From an uncultured virus (IMG/VR IMGVR_UViG_3300022934_002389) (lineage: Duplodnaviria > Heunggongvirae > Uroviricota > Caudoviricetes): a stretch of 64,000 nucleotides of DNA. The notes below the pieces were generated by a model, which was given only the letters and a program-made list of their open reading frames with translations, did not search any database and had not been told where the DNA came from. The number at the start of each line of letters is the position of its first letter. Position 1 is the first letter of the stretch. The stretch is from IMG/VR virus record IMGVR_UViG_3300022934_002389, positions 62,001 to 126,000 of that record, one strand, 5' to 3'. Shown piece by piece: positions 19,641 through 29,046 of this stretch. The position numbers and the translations under genes were made by a program.

Positions 19641-20505
19641 TGTCAACCTCAAATAAATCATTGTCTAGTTCTGCTTTACGTTGTGCTCTTTTGTTTGCCC
19701 AGCCTTCACGCATTTTGTTACGCTTTGCAAGTTCTTCTGGACTAGGATCGATTGGAATAGGATCATCTTTTGGAGTAATTTGATCTAGTGTGGGTAAAAA
19801 TGCATCATATGCATTTTTGTTTAATTCAAAGCCGATAAAGTTTCTACCATAACGTAATGCAGTACGTGCAGTTGTAAAGCCGCCACAGAACGGATCCATT
19901 ACAGTTTCTTCTCTGTTACTACTGTATAAAACAAATTTTTCAATAAAGTCTTCACTCAATTGATTTTTGTTTTTTATTTGACCTGGCTTGTAATCACGTG
20001 GCATATCTTGTACAGTTAATCTATCATGATAACTGTCTTTTTGATCTGAGTAATATACGTTTGTATTAAATGTACGTTTTTGTTTACCTCTATTTGGCTT
20101 TTGCCAAAACAACACATGATAGTGACTGCTTACCCATTTCTTTTTAGTGCTTACACCAAATGAATACTTTGCAATTATATGATTAATTTCTTGTAAGTCT
20201 GTTGCGTGTAGTGCGTTCAATACATGGTGTAGGTTAGTATATCCGCTTACAATATAAATGCTACCACCTGGTCGTAAACATCTAGCACACTCTGAAATCC
20301 ACTCTTTGCTGAATGTATCGTATGTTTCTAATGGAACTTCTACATAACCTGGAACTACATTGCTTTCATCTCTGTGATAAACAACATCAAGTTTATCTCC
20401 TTCGATGCCATAAGGAGGATCAGTGAATATCAAATCCACTGATCCATCTGCTATATGTTCACGCATACCAGAAATACAATCCTGGTTGTAAACTTTATAA
20501 GTCAT
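19633..20505 (-). CDS. DNA N6-adenine/N4-cytosine methyltransferase (beta class)
   Basis: FTDPPY catalytic motif precedes DPFCGG SAM-binding motif; GFELN. Confidence 0.85.
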   Translation of the reverse strand: MTYKVYNQDCISGMREHIADGSVDLIFTDPPYGIEGDKLDVVYHRDESNVVPGYVEVPLETYDTFSKEWISECARCLRPGGSIYIVSGYTNLHHVLNALHATDLQEINHIIAKYSFGVSTKKKWVSSHYHVLFWQKPNRGKQKRTFNTNVYYSDQKDSYHDRLTVQDMPRDYKPGQIKNKNQLSEDFIEKFVLYSSNREETVMDPFCGGFTTARTALRYGRNFIGFELNKNAYDAFLPTLDQITPKDDPIPIDPSPEELAKRNKMREGWANKRAQRKAELDNDLFEVDNG

Positions 20506-21557
20506 TAATAGTCCTTTGTGTCTACTAATTTGTCACCTTCTAGTGCATGTCTATCTTTAATCTGCGGAACTGCACCTAGTATTTTCCACGGACGTTCGTC
20601 GCCTACTTTGCTTAGTGTCATTCCAATCTTTTCAAAAATTGACGTAGTTATCATATTATACGACAACTTGTATAAAGATTCAAGTGTTTTTTCGAAGTTT
20701 CTTACACCATCTCTTGCTTTTTTAGGATTGTATGAATTTGTAAACAATATAATTTCAACTGGGTCAAACTTTTTATTACATGCATCTAAAATATGAGAAA
20801 ATGTTCGTAACGGGTATGTATCGTTATCTACACTTACAAGAATTCTGCTTTTATTGTTTATATCAAATCCACTACTTTTACACCAGTCTTCCCAGCCTTT
20901 GCGATTTTGTGTTCTAACAAGTCCTAAATCTTGTCCTGCTTCATATCCTGAAATAATATTATTGATGATTTTTGTAATGTTTCCGCTCTTGTTATTAAAA
21001 AACTTTTCAATATCTACATCGTTATATAACCACCATTCGATTTCTTCTGAGATAGGTTTTAATTCTCCCAATCTACAAAGCTCAATTCCTGCTGTCTCAA
21101 AGTCTTTTCTAAGTGTAGGAACTGCCGGAGGGTGCTCGTTAGCAATAAGTCCGTTAGTAACATAGTTACGTTCACTATCGTCTTCGTAATCATATACTGC
21201 TACTGGGAGCCATTTTTCTTCGTTGCGTTTTGCTGCAATTACACGACCTCTACCGTCTCTAAACTTGCCATCTGTGCCATAACATGGCGGTGCATACTTT
21301 GTTGAAAAGCCGTGGTAGAAAAAACTAGCCTGAATACTTTCGATACGCTCCTCTGTATTCTGCTCTTGTCTAATCGACATATTCCAAAGATCTGGATTGG
21401 TTTCGTCGACTGTATCTAAATCTAAAAATGTAAAATGTTGGAACTCAGCATTTTTTTGCTGACGGATATGTTCAAATCCGTATTCTCTTAAATTAATTGT
21501 TCCGTGATTGTTGAATCCTGTCACCGTTGAGGTGCCTGCGATTTCTGGTGTCGCCAT
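20505..21557 (-). CDS. ParB/sulfiredoxin-like N-terminal domain protein
   Basis: R...I.SI..S...G....PP...DGRGR..AA pattern; strong SD GAAGGAG. Confidence 0.5.
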   Translation of the reverse strand: MATPEIAGTSTVTGFNNHGTINLREYGFEHIRQQKNAEFQHFTFLDLDTVDETNPDLWNMSIRQEQNTEERIESIQASFFYHGFSTKYAPPCYGTDGKFRDGRGRVIAAKRNEEKWLPVAVYDYEDDSERNYVTNGLIANEHPPAVPTLRKDFETAGIELCRLGELKPISEEIEWWLYNDVDIEKFFNNKSGNITKIINNIISGYEAGQDLGLVRTQNRKGWEDWCKSSGFDINNKSRILVSVDNDTYPLRTFSHILDACNKKFDPVEIILFTNSYNPKKARDGVRNFEKTLESLYKLSYNMITTSIFEKIGMTLSKVGDERPWKILGAVPQIKDRHALEGDKLVDTKDY

Positions 21558-21652
21558 AGTATATCTCCTTCATTGCTCTATGCGTTTGGGTAAACAGAAT
21601 TTGCCTAAGCGTTTACTGTCTACATAACTATTTATCATTTTGCAATTAACTA

Positions 21653-22210
21653 TCAAATACTTTCGATTAATGCTCTTTGCATTGCACGTTTTTGATCTTT
21701 ATAAGAAACTTCTACTAGATTATTAGGTTTAATCTTAGAAAAAACAAATTCTACTGCACTAAATGGAATATGTGCTTCAATGCCATCTGGCACTGCAACT
21801 AGATATTGTTTTATGTCTTTACCGCTAATAATTGCAATACTATCTTGTTGCCCTAGTAGGTAAAAATCTGCAGGATTTTCAATCTCTACACCTTTGTTCT
21901 TACCTAAACTGTTTTTAAGTTTTACTTTGATAAATGCTTTTTCTTTGCCTGTTTTTGTAAACAGACCATTTGCCATATATTTAAATTCTAAATCTAAACC
22001 TGTTTTAACATCATGATGATCTCTACCAATATCGTCTACCCATTGTAGACGTCCTTGTGTATAAACTTCTAGAGATTGTTCAATAATGTCTGCTTTATCA
22101 AATCGATCCTTACGATCATTAAGTTGATCGCCTACACTTGCTATTAGTTTAGCATATCGATTAGATTGTATTACTTCGCTAAGTACTTTCGCATAAGTTT
22201 GTGTGTTCAT
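21653..22210 (-). CDS. Hypothetical protein, possible PD-(D/E)xK nuclease
   Basis: E...GRDHHD...LEFK arrangement; own promoter. Confidence 0.35.
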   Translation of the reverse strand: MNTQTYAKVLSEVIQSNRYAKLIASVGDQLNDRKDRFDKADIIEQSLEVYTQGRLQWVDDIGRDHHDVKTGLDLEFKYMANGLFTKTGKEKAFIKVKLKNSLGKNKGVEIENPADFYLLGQQDSIAIISGKDIKQYLVAVPDGIEAHIPFSAVEFVFSKIKPNNLVEVSYKDQKRAMQRALIESI

Positions 22211-22243
22211 TGTTGTGCCTCTATTGCATTATTAACTATTAAT

Positions 22244-22272
22244 AATATAACACACAAACACCCAAATGTCAA
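22244..22272 (-). promoter_or_regulatory. Sigma70-like promoter TTGACA-17-TATATT
   Basis: Upstream of 21653-22210. Confidence 0.65.
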
Positions 22273-23504
22273 TCTTTTAAAAAACCAAATTCAGGATAAA
22301 GATCTAAGAATTTTGTTGCTCTTGTACTGTCAAAATAATCCAACATGTATCTAAAATAATCACGTTGTTTATCTGATAAAGTTTTTTGTGGCTCCGTTTT
22401 AATCCAATCTAACCAGTTGTAGTCGTCTATTAGGTTTAAAGTTTTTAACTCTGGTAAGAAAGTTTCAATTTTTTTTACAATTTCAATTCTGTAATCAATG
22501 GGTGAGTTGGCAAAATGTAATGGCTCTGGCCAATCTAAAAATGTTGTATTAAAAGGAAACTTATTTTGTTTAATAAAGTCAAGCAAATTTGGCAAATCTT
22601 TTAGATTTAGCAATTGTATTGTAGGCTCTAAGGTAATTTGAAAATTCTCATATTGGTCGCATATTTTTTTAGATCTTAAAATCTTGCTTTCCAATGCAGA
22701 CCAAGAACTAGGGTATCGAACATATTCTAAAACTTTTCCAGTAGCATCCAAACTTATTGATAAGTTTACATGCTTAAACTTTGTAAGGTATTTTTCTATC
22801 CATGATTCTTTGATAATTGTGCCATTTGAAATTATGTGTACCTTTATATGACCGCTTTCTTTTCTATTCACTAATTCTTCTATCAAAGATGTAAATCCCT
22901 TCATCACAAACGGCTCGCCGCCGACTGCCATAATCTCTTGAGTTCTTTTTGCATTTTCAAGTATATGGTCAACAAATCGCTGGTTGAAATTATTAGATGA
23001 TGTAGAAAGAACTTCTAGGTCTTTACTATTGGTATAAGGATTGCTTTTGCCGAATTTATTATATTCTAGCATGTTCTTTGCAATTTGATTGCTCAATGTA
23101 GGGTTACACATCACGCACTGCAAGTTACATTCGTTGCTCATTCTCAAATCAAAACTCAGAGGACTAGGAACAACTGTATGGGCATTTTTATAATAATAAT
23201 CGGCTAATGATTTCCATTTATGATTTTCATACTGTCGGTTTGAAATGATTCCCTGTTCTTCACTTTCAATACAACTTTTACAGATATTTTTAGGGATGAT
23301 TCTTTGATTGAATTTGTGTCTTAATTTTTGTAAAGTCTTGCTGTTCCATACTTCATCGACATCCTTGCCTAGAATATTAATATCGTCTGAATCTAATTGT
23401 TTTGCATAACAACAGGCTTTCATATGCCCTGTTGTTGTCACAAACATTTTAACAAAAGGATGGACACAAAAATTTTTGTATAAATCTTCTATTTCATTCG
23501 TCAT
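22269..23504 (-). CDS. Radical SAM protein with SPASM/twitch-like region
   Basis: CNLQCVMC, GGEPF, N-terminal FC..ACC..CKSC. Confidence 0.8.
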   Translation of the reverse strand: MTNEIEDLYKNFCVHPFVKMFVTTTGHMKACCYAKQLDSDDINILGKDVDEVWNSKTLQKLRHKFNQRIIPKNICKSCIESEEQGIISNRQYENHKWKSLADYYYKNAHTVVPSPLSFDLRMSNECNLQCVMCNPTLSNQIAKNMLEYNKFGKSNPYTNSKDLEVLSTSSNNFNQRFVDHILENAKRTQEIMAVGGEPFVMKGFTSLIEELVNRKESGHIKVHIISNGTIIKESWIEKYLTKFKHVNLSISLDATGKVLEYVRYPSSWSALESKILRSKKICDQYENFQITLEPTIQLLNLKDLPNLLDFIKQNKFPFNTTFLDWPEPLHFANSPIDYRIEIVKKIETFLPELKTLNLIDDYNWLDWIKTEPQKTLSDKQRDYFRYMLDYFDSTRATKFLDLYPEFGFLKD

Positions 23505-23510
23505 GCACTA

Positions 23511-23900
23511 TTATGATACTTCACTTCTTCCTTTATCTATAGGTACAACATTAATATAGCCTGCACCTCTGTCTGTATCTAAACCTTCATCTACAAGCAT
23601 ATTGTAAACAATATCTTTAAACCATCTATCAACAATTTCTTCTTCAGGATCAACATCTGTTCCATAACCTGCTTCTAAAAGTTGTTTAATAAAATATTCA
23701 TTCCAATCTAGTTCAAAGAATCCGTTACGAATATTTTCTTCATTCACTTGCACATCTAAAACACTTACCCATGGCTCTTTTCTTTTTGTTGCATATTCTT
23801 TTGGATCTTTCTTTTTTAGAAACTCGAGTTTTTCTTTTTCAAACTTTGCCTTTTCTTCTTCGGCTTTTTTGTCTCTAACAATTTTATTCCACCATCCCAT
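23511..23900 (-). CDS. Hypothetical protein
   Basis: 129-aa ORF in operon. Confidence 0.7.
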   Translation of the reverse strand: MGWWNKIVRDKKAEEEKAKFEKEKLEFLKKKDPKEYATKRKEPWVSVLDVQVNEENIRNGFFELDWNEYFIKQLLEAGYGTDVDPEEEIVDRWFKDIVYNMLVDEGLDTDRGAGYINVVPIDKGRSEVS

Positions 23901-23969
23901 TATAAGTGTTTCCTTAGTTTTTTGTATTGTTCTTCAGTGACTATCCCACTAGCGTACTTACTAATTTCC

Positions 23970-24863
23970 TTATGTTCCCCAGGCATTTCCGAATAGGCTA
24001 ATGTGGAGTCTTGGAGTGAACCTCCAGCCTCGTTCCATACAGAGCTTCGCCACCTCTTGTACCGTGATGTTGTACCCTTCCGAGCGACCGCCAAGCGGCA
24101 TAAGATAGACAGGGCATTCCACACCCGCTGAACGATATTCACTAACTGCTCTACTAACTTCATCAACATCATCCATATCAGCAACAACAAATTTAAGATA
24201 CACAGAACTGCTGTCACAACGAGCGTAATCACGCAAGACGTCAGGTTTGATAGCTGAATCCCAAGTTTCTCCGCTGACGGATAACTTAGGAGAACAACTA
24301 AATGTCCATTCAATTCTGTCATTGTTGTTGATGTAATTGAACAAATCATCATGTAAAAATTGTGTAGTGTTTGTTTCAAACGTGACATTTTTTAAATCTT
24401 TCATTTTCGGATGTTCAAACAACTCTACGTAGAGTCGTTGCCATGCAAGTAATGGTTCACCGCCTGTCATAATCAAATGAATATCTTGTCCATTATCTTG
24501 TGTCCATTTGCCTTCCGGCAATAAACTAATCAAATGATCTACAACTTCGTCTACTTCTGCAAGTTTGTTAAAGTGTTTAAACTCTGGATAGATACTAGCA
24601 TATGTATCACAACCTGTGTGAATAATAGGTAAATCTTCAAATTTTTCTGTAGTTTCGTGTACGCCTGCGTCAAGTAGTGCCTTTACTTCTGGATTGTAAC
24701 GATTGCCTTCTGCGTGTTGTTCCCAACGATTCTTGTCTTTTGGTAAGCCAAAATTCATACAACGAAAGTTGCAACCAAATGTACGTAAAAATACGCTAGG
24801 TACTCCTACGTATTTACCCTCACCTTGTACACTATAAAATGCTTCACTGTAACGTAATTTCAT
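23970..24863 (-). CDS. queE: 7-carboxy-7-deazaguanine synthase QueE
   Basis: E.FYSVQGEG, FLRTFGCNFRC...CDT, TGGEPL, ETN, SPKL, RLH. Confidence 0.85.
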   Translation of the reverse strand: MKLRYSEAFYSVQGEGKYVGVPSVFLRTFGCNFRCMNFGLPKDKNRWEQHAEGNRYNPEVKALLDAGVHETTEKFEDLPIIHTGCDTYASIYPEFKHFNKLAEVDEVVDHLISLLPEGKWTQDNGQDIHLIMTGGEPLLAWQRLYVELFEHPKMKDLKNVTFETNTTQFLHDDLFNYINNNDRIEWTFSCSPKLSVSGETWDSAIKPDVLRDYARCDSSSVYLKFVVADMDDVDEVSRAVSEYRSAGVECPVYLMPLGGRSEGYNITVQEVAKLCMERGWRFTPRLHISLFGNAWGT

Positions 24864-25482
24864 GTGTCTGTTCCTTTATATAATTTGCAATATTTGTACC
24901 AAACTCTTTATGCACTCCGTAACCTGGATGACGTTTGTCTTTTGCCAAATCACTATCTTTTCTTCTTCTCATAGTATCAATGTCTTCTACTGCAATAAAA
25001 TCTATGTTATTCCATTTTTCGTGTTGAAAGTGCCAAGGTTTTGCATTAGCATGGTAATTGATTATGTTATGCTCGTCTAAGTAAGATTTTGCTACTCTCA
25101 TGTATAAGTTAGTTGTCCAATTAGAATCATAATCTGTATAAAGATTTTTAAAATATGATTTAATTGCTTTATCGCCTTTCATACCCCACATCTTTACTTG
25201 TACTGAATTCATTGATATTTCGTCAGTTAGTATTGCATGTCTGTTATGAAATGTCCATAAACAAATAACTGTGTCACCTTCTTGGTATTCAAATGTCAAC
25301 AAGTCGTTAAGTATTTCTTTATTTGAATAACCACTCATTCCTTTGTTAATGCATTCTAAATTTAACAATTTAGAAACAACAGAAGGCCAAGCAAGTTTGC
25401 TCGGCTCTTCATTGTGCGGCCATATATCTTTTAAATTATCACCGTATGTCAAACTACAACCAAATGCAATTAACCTTGCCAT
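24844..25482 (-). CDS. SGNH-hydrolase-like protein
   Basis: FGCSLTYG, G.SN, D..HPG; paralog of 54569-55312 and 60998-61861. Confidence 0.5.
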   Translation of the reverse strand: MARLIAFGCSLTYGDNLKDIWPHNEEPSKLAWPSVVSKLLNLECINKGMSGYSNKEILNDLLTFEYQEGDTVICLWTFHNRHAILTDEISMNSVQVKMWGMKGDKAIKSYFKNLYTDYDSNWTTNLYMRVAKSYLDEHNIINYHANAKPWHFQHEKWNNIDFIAVEDIDTMRRRKDSDLAKDKRHPGYGVHKEFGTNIANYIKEQTHEITLQ

Positions 25483-25589
25483 TCTGCTTTTGCCTTGATA
25501 AATCTTTCTGCTAGATCGTATTTAAGTTGCAGATTAAAAATGGTTGTAGTGTTATAAGGTTGTGTAAAAGAATAATTAATTTCAAACAT
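25470..25589 (-). CDS. Small hypothetical protein (39 aa, MFEINYSF...)
   Basis: Hand-translated ORF filling the gap, coupled to the folE stop. Confidence 0.4.
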   Translation of the reverse strand: MFEINYSFTQPYNTTTIFNLQLKYDLAERFIKAKAEWQG

Positions 25590-26272
25590 TAGCAAGCAAA
25601 TTCCTGTTGTAGTTTGATGTTGTCAAAGAACTCTTTCTTAGTTGTAGGATCATCTTTAAAACTACCTCTTAGCACAGTTGTTTGTGTAAGTGAACTATGT
25701 GCCATAATTCCGCGATTCTCGCAGCAGCCGTGTGTTGCTTGAATGTATACACCTAAGTGCTCGGCACCTGTCGCTTTTTGAATCTCACGTGCAATATCAT
25801 TTGCAAGTTCTTCTTGCAGTGTGCCGCGTCTTGCACACCACTGTGCAATTCGTGTATATTTAGAAAGACCAATTAATTTTTCAGCAGCAATAATACCAAT
25901 GTATGCAGTGCCAACAACAGGCTGGTGATGATGTGAACACATTGATTTAAGTTCACTGCGTACTACTAGCATACCTTCATAACGGTCTTCCGAATCATTT
26001 GGAAATGCTGTTGCATCAGGCTTAGGATCATAACGTCCTGCCATAATTTCATTTATATACATTTTTGCTAGACGTCTGCCTGTATCCTTTGAATTAGGAT
26101 CATTTACAATGTCAATACAAAGACTTTCAAGAACGCTTTCGAACTTAGGTGTAAGTTCTTCTATAAGGGCTTCTTTGTCACCTTTTTGCATAACATATGA
26201 TATGTTATCGCCAGCCCAGTAACGTTTACCAGCATCTTCTAATCGTTGTTTTAGTTCTAAACTTTTTGTCAT
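25589..26272 (-). CDS. folE: GTP cyclohydrolase I
   Basis: SMCSHH, GLSK..R, LQEEL, HGC...RG. Confidence 0.92.
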   Translation of the reverse strand: MTKSLELKQRLEDAGKRYWAGDNISYVMQKGDKEALIEELTPKFESVLESLCIDIVNDPNSKDTGRRLAKMYINEIMAGRYDPKPDATAFPNDSEDRYEGMLVVRSELKSMCSHHHQPVVGTAYIGIIAAEKLIGLSKYTRIAQWCARRGTLQEELANDIAREIQKATGAEHLGVYIQATHGCCENRGIMAHSSLTQTTVLRGSFKDDPTTKKEFFDNIKLQQEFAC

Positions 26273-26311
26273 TTATTTCTCCGAGTTATAGACGAGGATG
26301 TCTATTAATTT

Positions 26312-26340
26312 AATATACCATGTATTTAGGTTTTTGTCAA
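26312..26340 (-). promoter_or_regulatory. Sigma70-like promoter TTGACA-17-TATATT with nested CTAAATA
   Basis: Upstream of folE; a 6-bp leader hairpin ATAGAC/GTCTAT follows. Confidence 0.65.
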
Positions 26341-26588
26341 GATATTTCTTCAATATCTGTTACATCACTAAAAGGAACTACACGTTTGATAAATTGTTTC
26401 TCAGCATCTTTAATTTCGTACAGTTCTCTTTTGCTATCTTGAGATAATAGAACACCTTCTCTTTCTAGTTCGACATATGCATTAACCGGAAGATCTGCCA
26501 TGCTATACATTCCACCAAGTCTGCCAAATTTGTCTACAGGCCATTCTGCTTTATACTTGCATTTATATTCTTTATATTCAGTACTCAC
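26337..26588 (-). CDS. Hypothetical protein
   Basis: ORF in operon. Confidence 0.55.
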   Translation of the reverse strand: MSTEYKEYKCKYKAEWPVDKFGRLGGMYSMADLPVNAYVELEREGVLLSQDSKRELYEIKDAEKQFIKRVVPFSDVTDIEEIS

Positions 26589-27177
26589 TTACATTCTCCC
26601 AAGGATAAACTAACCAAACATCTTCTTCTGCTTTATTGATTTCGTGTGCGTAATAACGAACTAATCCGCAGTCACTTGCTAAATTTTCAGTTAAAGTTGC
26701 GAAACGAACGTTTTGGTCCCAAACTCTGTTCCATCGATCATGATCGGGTAAACAACCACTAGTCCAGTCTTTTACAATCCAGTTAAATGTTGTACCAGTG
26801 TCGTTAATATCGTCTACAATAAGAATATTACTTTTGTTTTCAATAGTAATAATATCAACACCTGCACTTGCTTGAATGTCTTGATTATGAGTTTGAATTT
26901 TCATATCTTCATATCCAAATGCATCTTCTGCCATCCAACAGTTGCTTTCGTTTCCGTAACCTTCATTGTCATCACGCAAACTAACCTTTAGTGCTTCGCA
27001 ACGAATACCAGTCATGTTAGAAATAATAGTTGCAGGAATGTTACCACCTCGTGTAATACCTACAATGTAATCAGGACGCCAATTATCTTTATACATCTGC
27101 ATGACAATACTTGCACACATCTTTTCTACGTCTTGCCACGAATAATAATGTTTCTTAATCATTCTTTTTCCACTCAT
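26578..27177 (-). CDS. Type I phosphoribosyltransferase (purine PRT-like)
   Basis: GITRGG, ILIVDDINDTGTT PRPP-binding motif, YPWE. Confidence 0.85.
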   Translation of the reverse strand: MSGKRMIKKHYYSWQDVEKMCASIVMQMYKDNWRPDYIVGITRGGNIPATIISNMTGIRCEALKVSLRDDNEGYGNESNCWMAEDAFGYEDMKIQTHNQDIQASAGVDIITIENKSNILIVDDINDTGTTFNWIVKDWTSGCLPDHDRWNRVWDQNVRFATLTENLASDCGLVRYYAHEINKAEEDVWLVYPWENVSEY

Positions 27178-27382
27178 CCATTTCAGTTTTTATATCAGTA
27201 ATTTGTTCGTTTGCAATACCAGCAGCCATTGATTGAACTTGTTCTAGTAAGTGCCTACAAGTAGATTCGTCATATTGTTTATAACTAATTTCAGCAAATT
27301 CATTACGAATACGATGTGCTTGTATACACAAATCTTTCATTGCATTTATACGTCTAATCCATTCTTCAATTGGATGTTGCAT
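27155..27382 (-). CDS. Hypothetical protein
   Basis: ORF in operon. Confidence 0.6.
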   Translation of the reverse strand: MQHPIEEWIRRINAMKDLCIQAHRIRNEFAEISYKQYDESTCRHLLEQVQSMAAGIANEQITDIKTEMDEWKKND

Positions 27383-27798
27383 TAAAATGGTACCTCTGCT
27401 TCTGGTTCGTGATTACCTTTATAGTCTTGATGAACCATTTTGTAAATTGATTCAAAGTTTTTAAAAGCTTTTTCTAAACCGGGATAATGTTGACACATAT
27501 CTTTAATTTTATTTAATGAAGGCATTGTATCTACAAATTCAGTTTGTTCCCAAGTAATATTGTCACTCCAGTGTGTATCATCAATTGTGATGGTTAAATT
27601 ACCATCACTAATAGTACTGGCATTATTAATATTAATGTCTGATATATTAAATGTTAAATCTTCGTCAGAAATAATGTCTATAGTTGCTGTTGTGATATCA
27701 CTTATACTAGTTGAATATGTGTGGTCTGTACTTGTACCAAAAATAATATCATCATCATTACCCATCTGCAATATTCCTGTATAGTTCGGTTCCGTCAA
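27382..27798 (-). CDS. Hypothetical protein
   Basis: ORF in operon; start uncertain. Confidence 0.6.
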   Translation of the reverse strand: MTEPNYTGILQMGNDDDIIFGTSTDHTYSTSISDITTATIDIISDEDLTFNISDININNASTISDGNLTITIDDTHWSDNITWEQTEFVDTMPSLNKIKDMCQHYPGLEKAFKNFESIYKMVHQDYKGNHEPEAEVPF

Positions 27799-28816
27799 AA
27801 AATTCTTTGTTAAGTTTAGTGCGCTGTTTTTCTAAACTTATAAGATAGTCATCGTAGTTTTCCATATAGTCAACAATCTTGGCAGCAATGTCTCCTCTAT
27901 GTTTTCTATATGCACTATAATCTTCAGTCCATTGACTAGGATATTTAAATTCGGGCAATGCCATTTCTGAATAACTTAATCTATCAGGTACCATAGGAAT
28001 AGCATCTACTAGAGCGCCTTCGTACCAACTGATACCTAGTGTTTCTTGTAAGTTAGCACTAAACACAAGTTTTGCTTCTCCTAACAAGTTGTGATATTCA
28101 TTTTTAGTAAGCGTTTGCTCTTGACATACAACAAATTCATATTCGGGTAGTTGTTGTTTTAAATCATGGAATATATCAACTTGTTTTTCTGGAGCAATAC
28201 GATGCGGGAAAAGAATTAGATCACGCTTCTCCATACCTTTGTATTGATCTAAACTGCTACGTAAATATTCCATAGGCCAACCTACACGATGTGTTTTATC
28301 TATATCAACTTGATAATCTTCACCTAATGTATCTGCAAACATTTCAATATGAAAGTCAGTTGCAAAAAAGTTATCATCATAACATTCAAACATTGACATT
28401 TCAGCATGTCTTACCCAGGGCTTATCTCCAATCAACCTGCCAAGAAAGTCATGAGGGTCATAACTACCAGCATGCCAAAGCCCGCCGATGCTAACATCAA
28501 CGTCCAAGAGTTCTGCCATATAACGTAACTGAATAACAGTAGGGTTCCAAGCATCGGTATATAAGAAATAATCTCCATTTTGAATTTGCCCTTTACAAAA
28601 CATTTCGCCTATGATTTCTAGTTGTTTTGATTTGTAAACATTGGTTCCGCCAAAATTGAGAAATGCCCCAGGCGTTGTTGCCTGAGGCGTCTCGCCACCA
28701 CTGATGACTTTTACATTTTCGTTTGTAGATCGTGATAGTTGCTTTGGAAGGTAATCTTTCCATTGCTTAGTGTAGCGTGTATCAACTGCTTCAATATCTA
28801 CAATATAAATTGTCAT
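27758..28816 (-). CDS. GT-B fold glycosyltransferase
   Basis: FPHRIAPEKQ, ETLGIS.YEG, PDRLSYSE resemble GT4-type C-terminal motifs. Confidence 0.7.
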   Translation of the reverse strand: MTIYIVDIEAVDTRYTKQWKDYLPKQLSRSTNENVKVISGGETPQATTPGAFLNFGGTNVYKSKQLEIIGEMFCKGQIQNGDYFLYTDAWNPTVIQLRYMAELLDVDVSIGGLWHAGSYDPHDFLGRLIGDKPWVRHAEMSMFECYDDNFFATDFHIEMFADTLGEDYQVDIDKTHRVGWPMEYLRSSLDQYKGMEKRDLILFPHRIAPEKQVDIFHDLKQQLPEYEFVVCQEQTLTKNEYHNLLGEAKLVFSANLQETLGISWYEGALVDAIPMVPDRLSYSEMALPEFKYPSQWTEDYSAYRKHRGDIAAKIVDYMENYDDYLISLEKQRTKLNKEFFDGTELYRNIADG

Positions 28817-29028
28817 TAATGTCTCCGATTGTTAAAACTTCGACTTGCGTTACGTGACTTAGCACGTAAATAATTTTGATATTTAATATAAGATTGCCAA
28901 ATAGGCGCATCTTTTTTATACAAATCAGCCTCGTTAAAGACTTTACCTTCAAAGCGACAATAGTCGCGGAACTTATCCAAATCATTAAACACTTTTGTAT
29001 AAGCGTCACGATTGAACTTAATAGTCAT
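28816..29028 (-). CDS. Hypothetical protein
   Basis: ORF coupled to the glycosyltransferase gene. Confidence 0.6.
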   Translation of the reverse strand: MTIKFNRDAYTKVFNDLDKFRDYCRFEGKVFNEADLYKKDAPIWQSYIKYQNYLRAKSRNASRSFNNRRH

Positions 29029-29046
29029 TTACCTAATTCCTTTTTA

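Noticed and set aside
21558..21572. GAAGGAGATATAC leader matching the T7 gene 10/pET RBS
   Set aside because: Short match to a strong SD with no other vector sequence; treated as coincidence
23900..24388. 162-aa ORF overlapping queE on the same strand
   Set aside because: Mostly an alternate-frame shadow of queE; only the last ~28 codons (MPGEHK...) might be a real micro-gene, and I cannot support that
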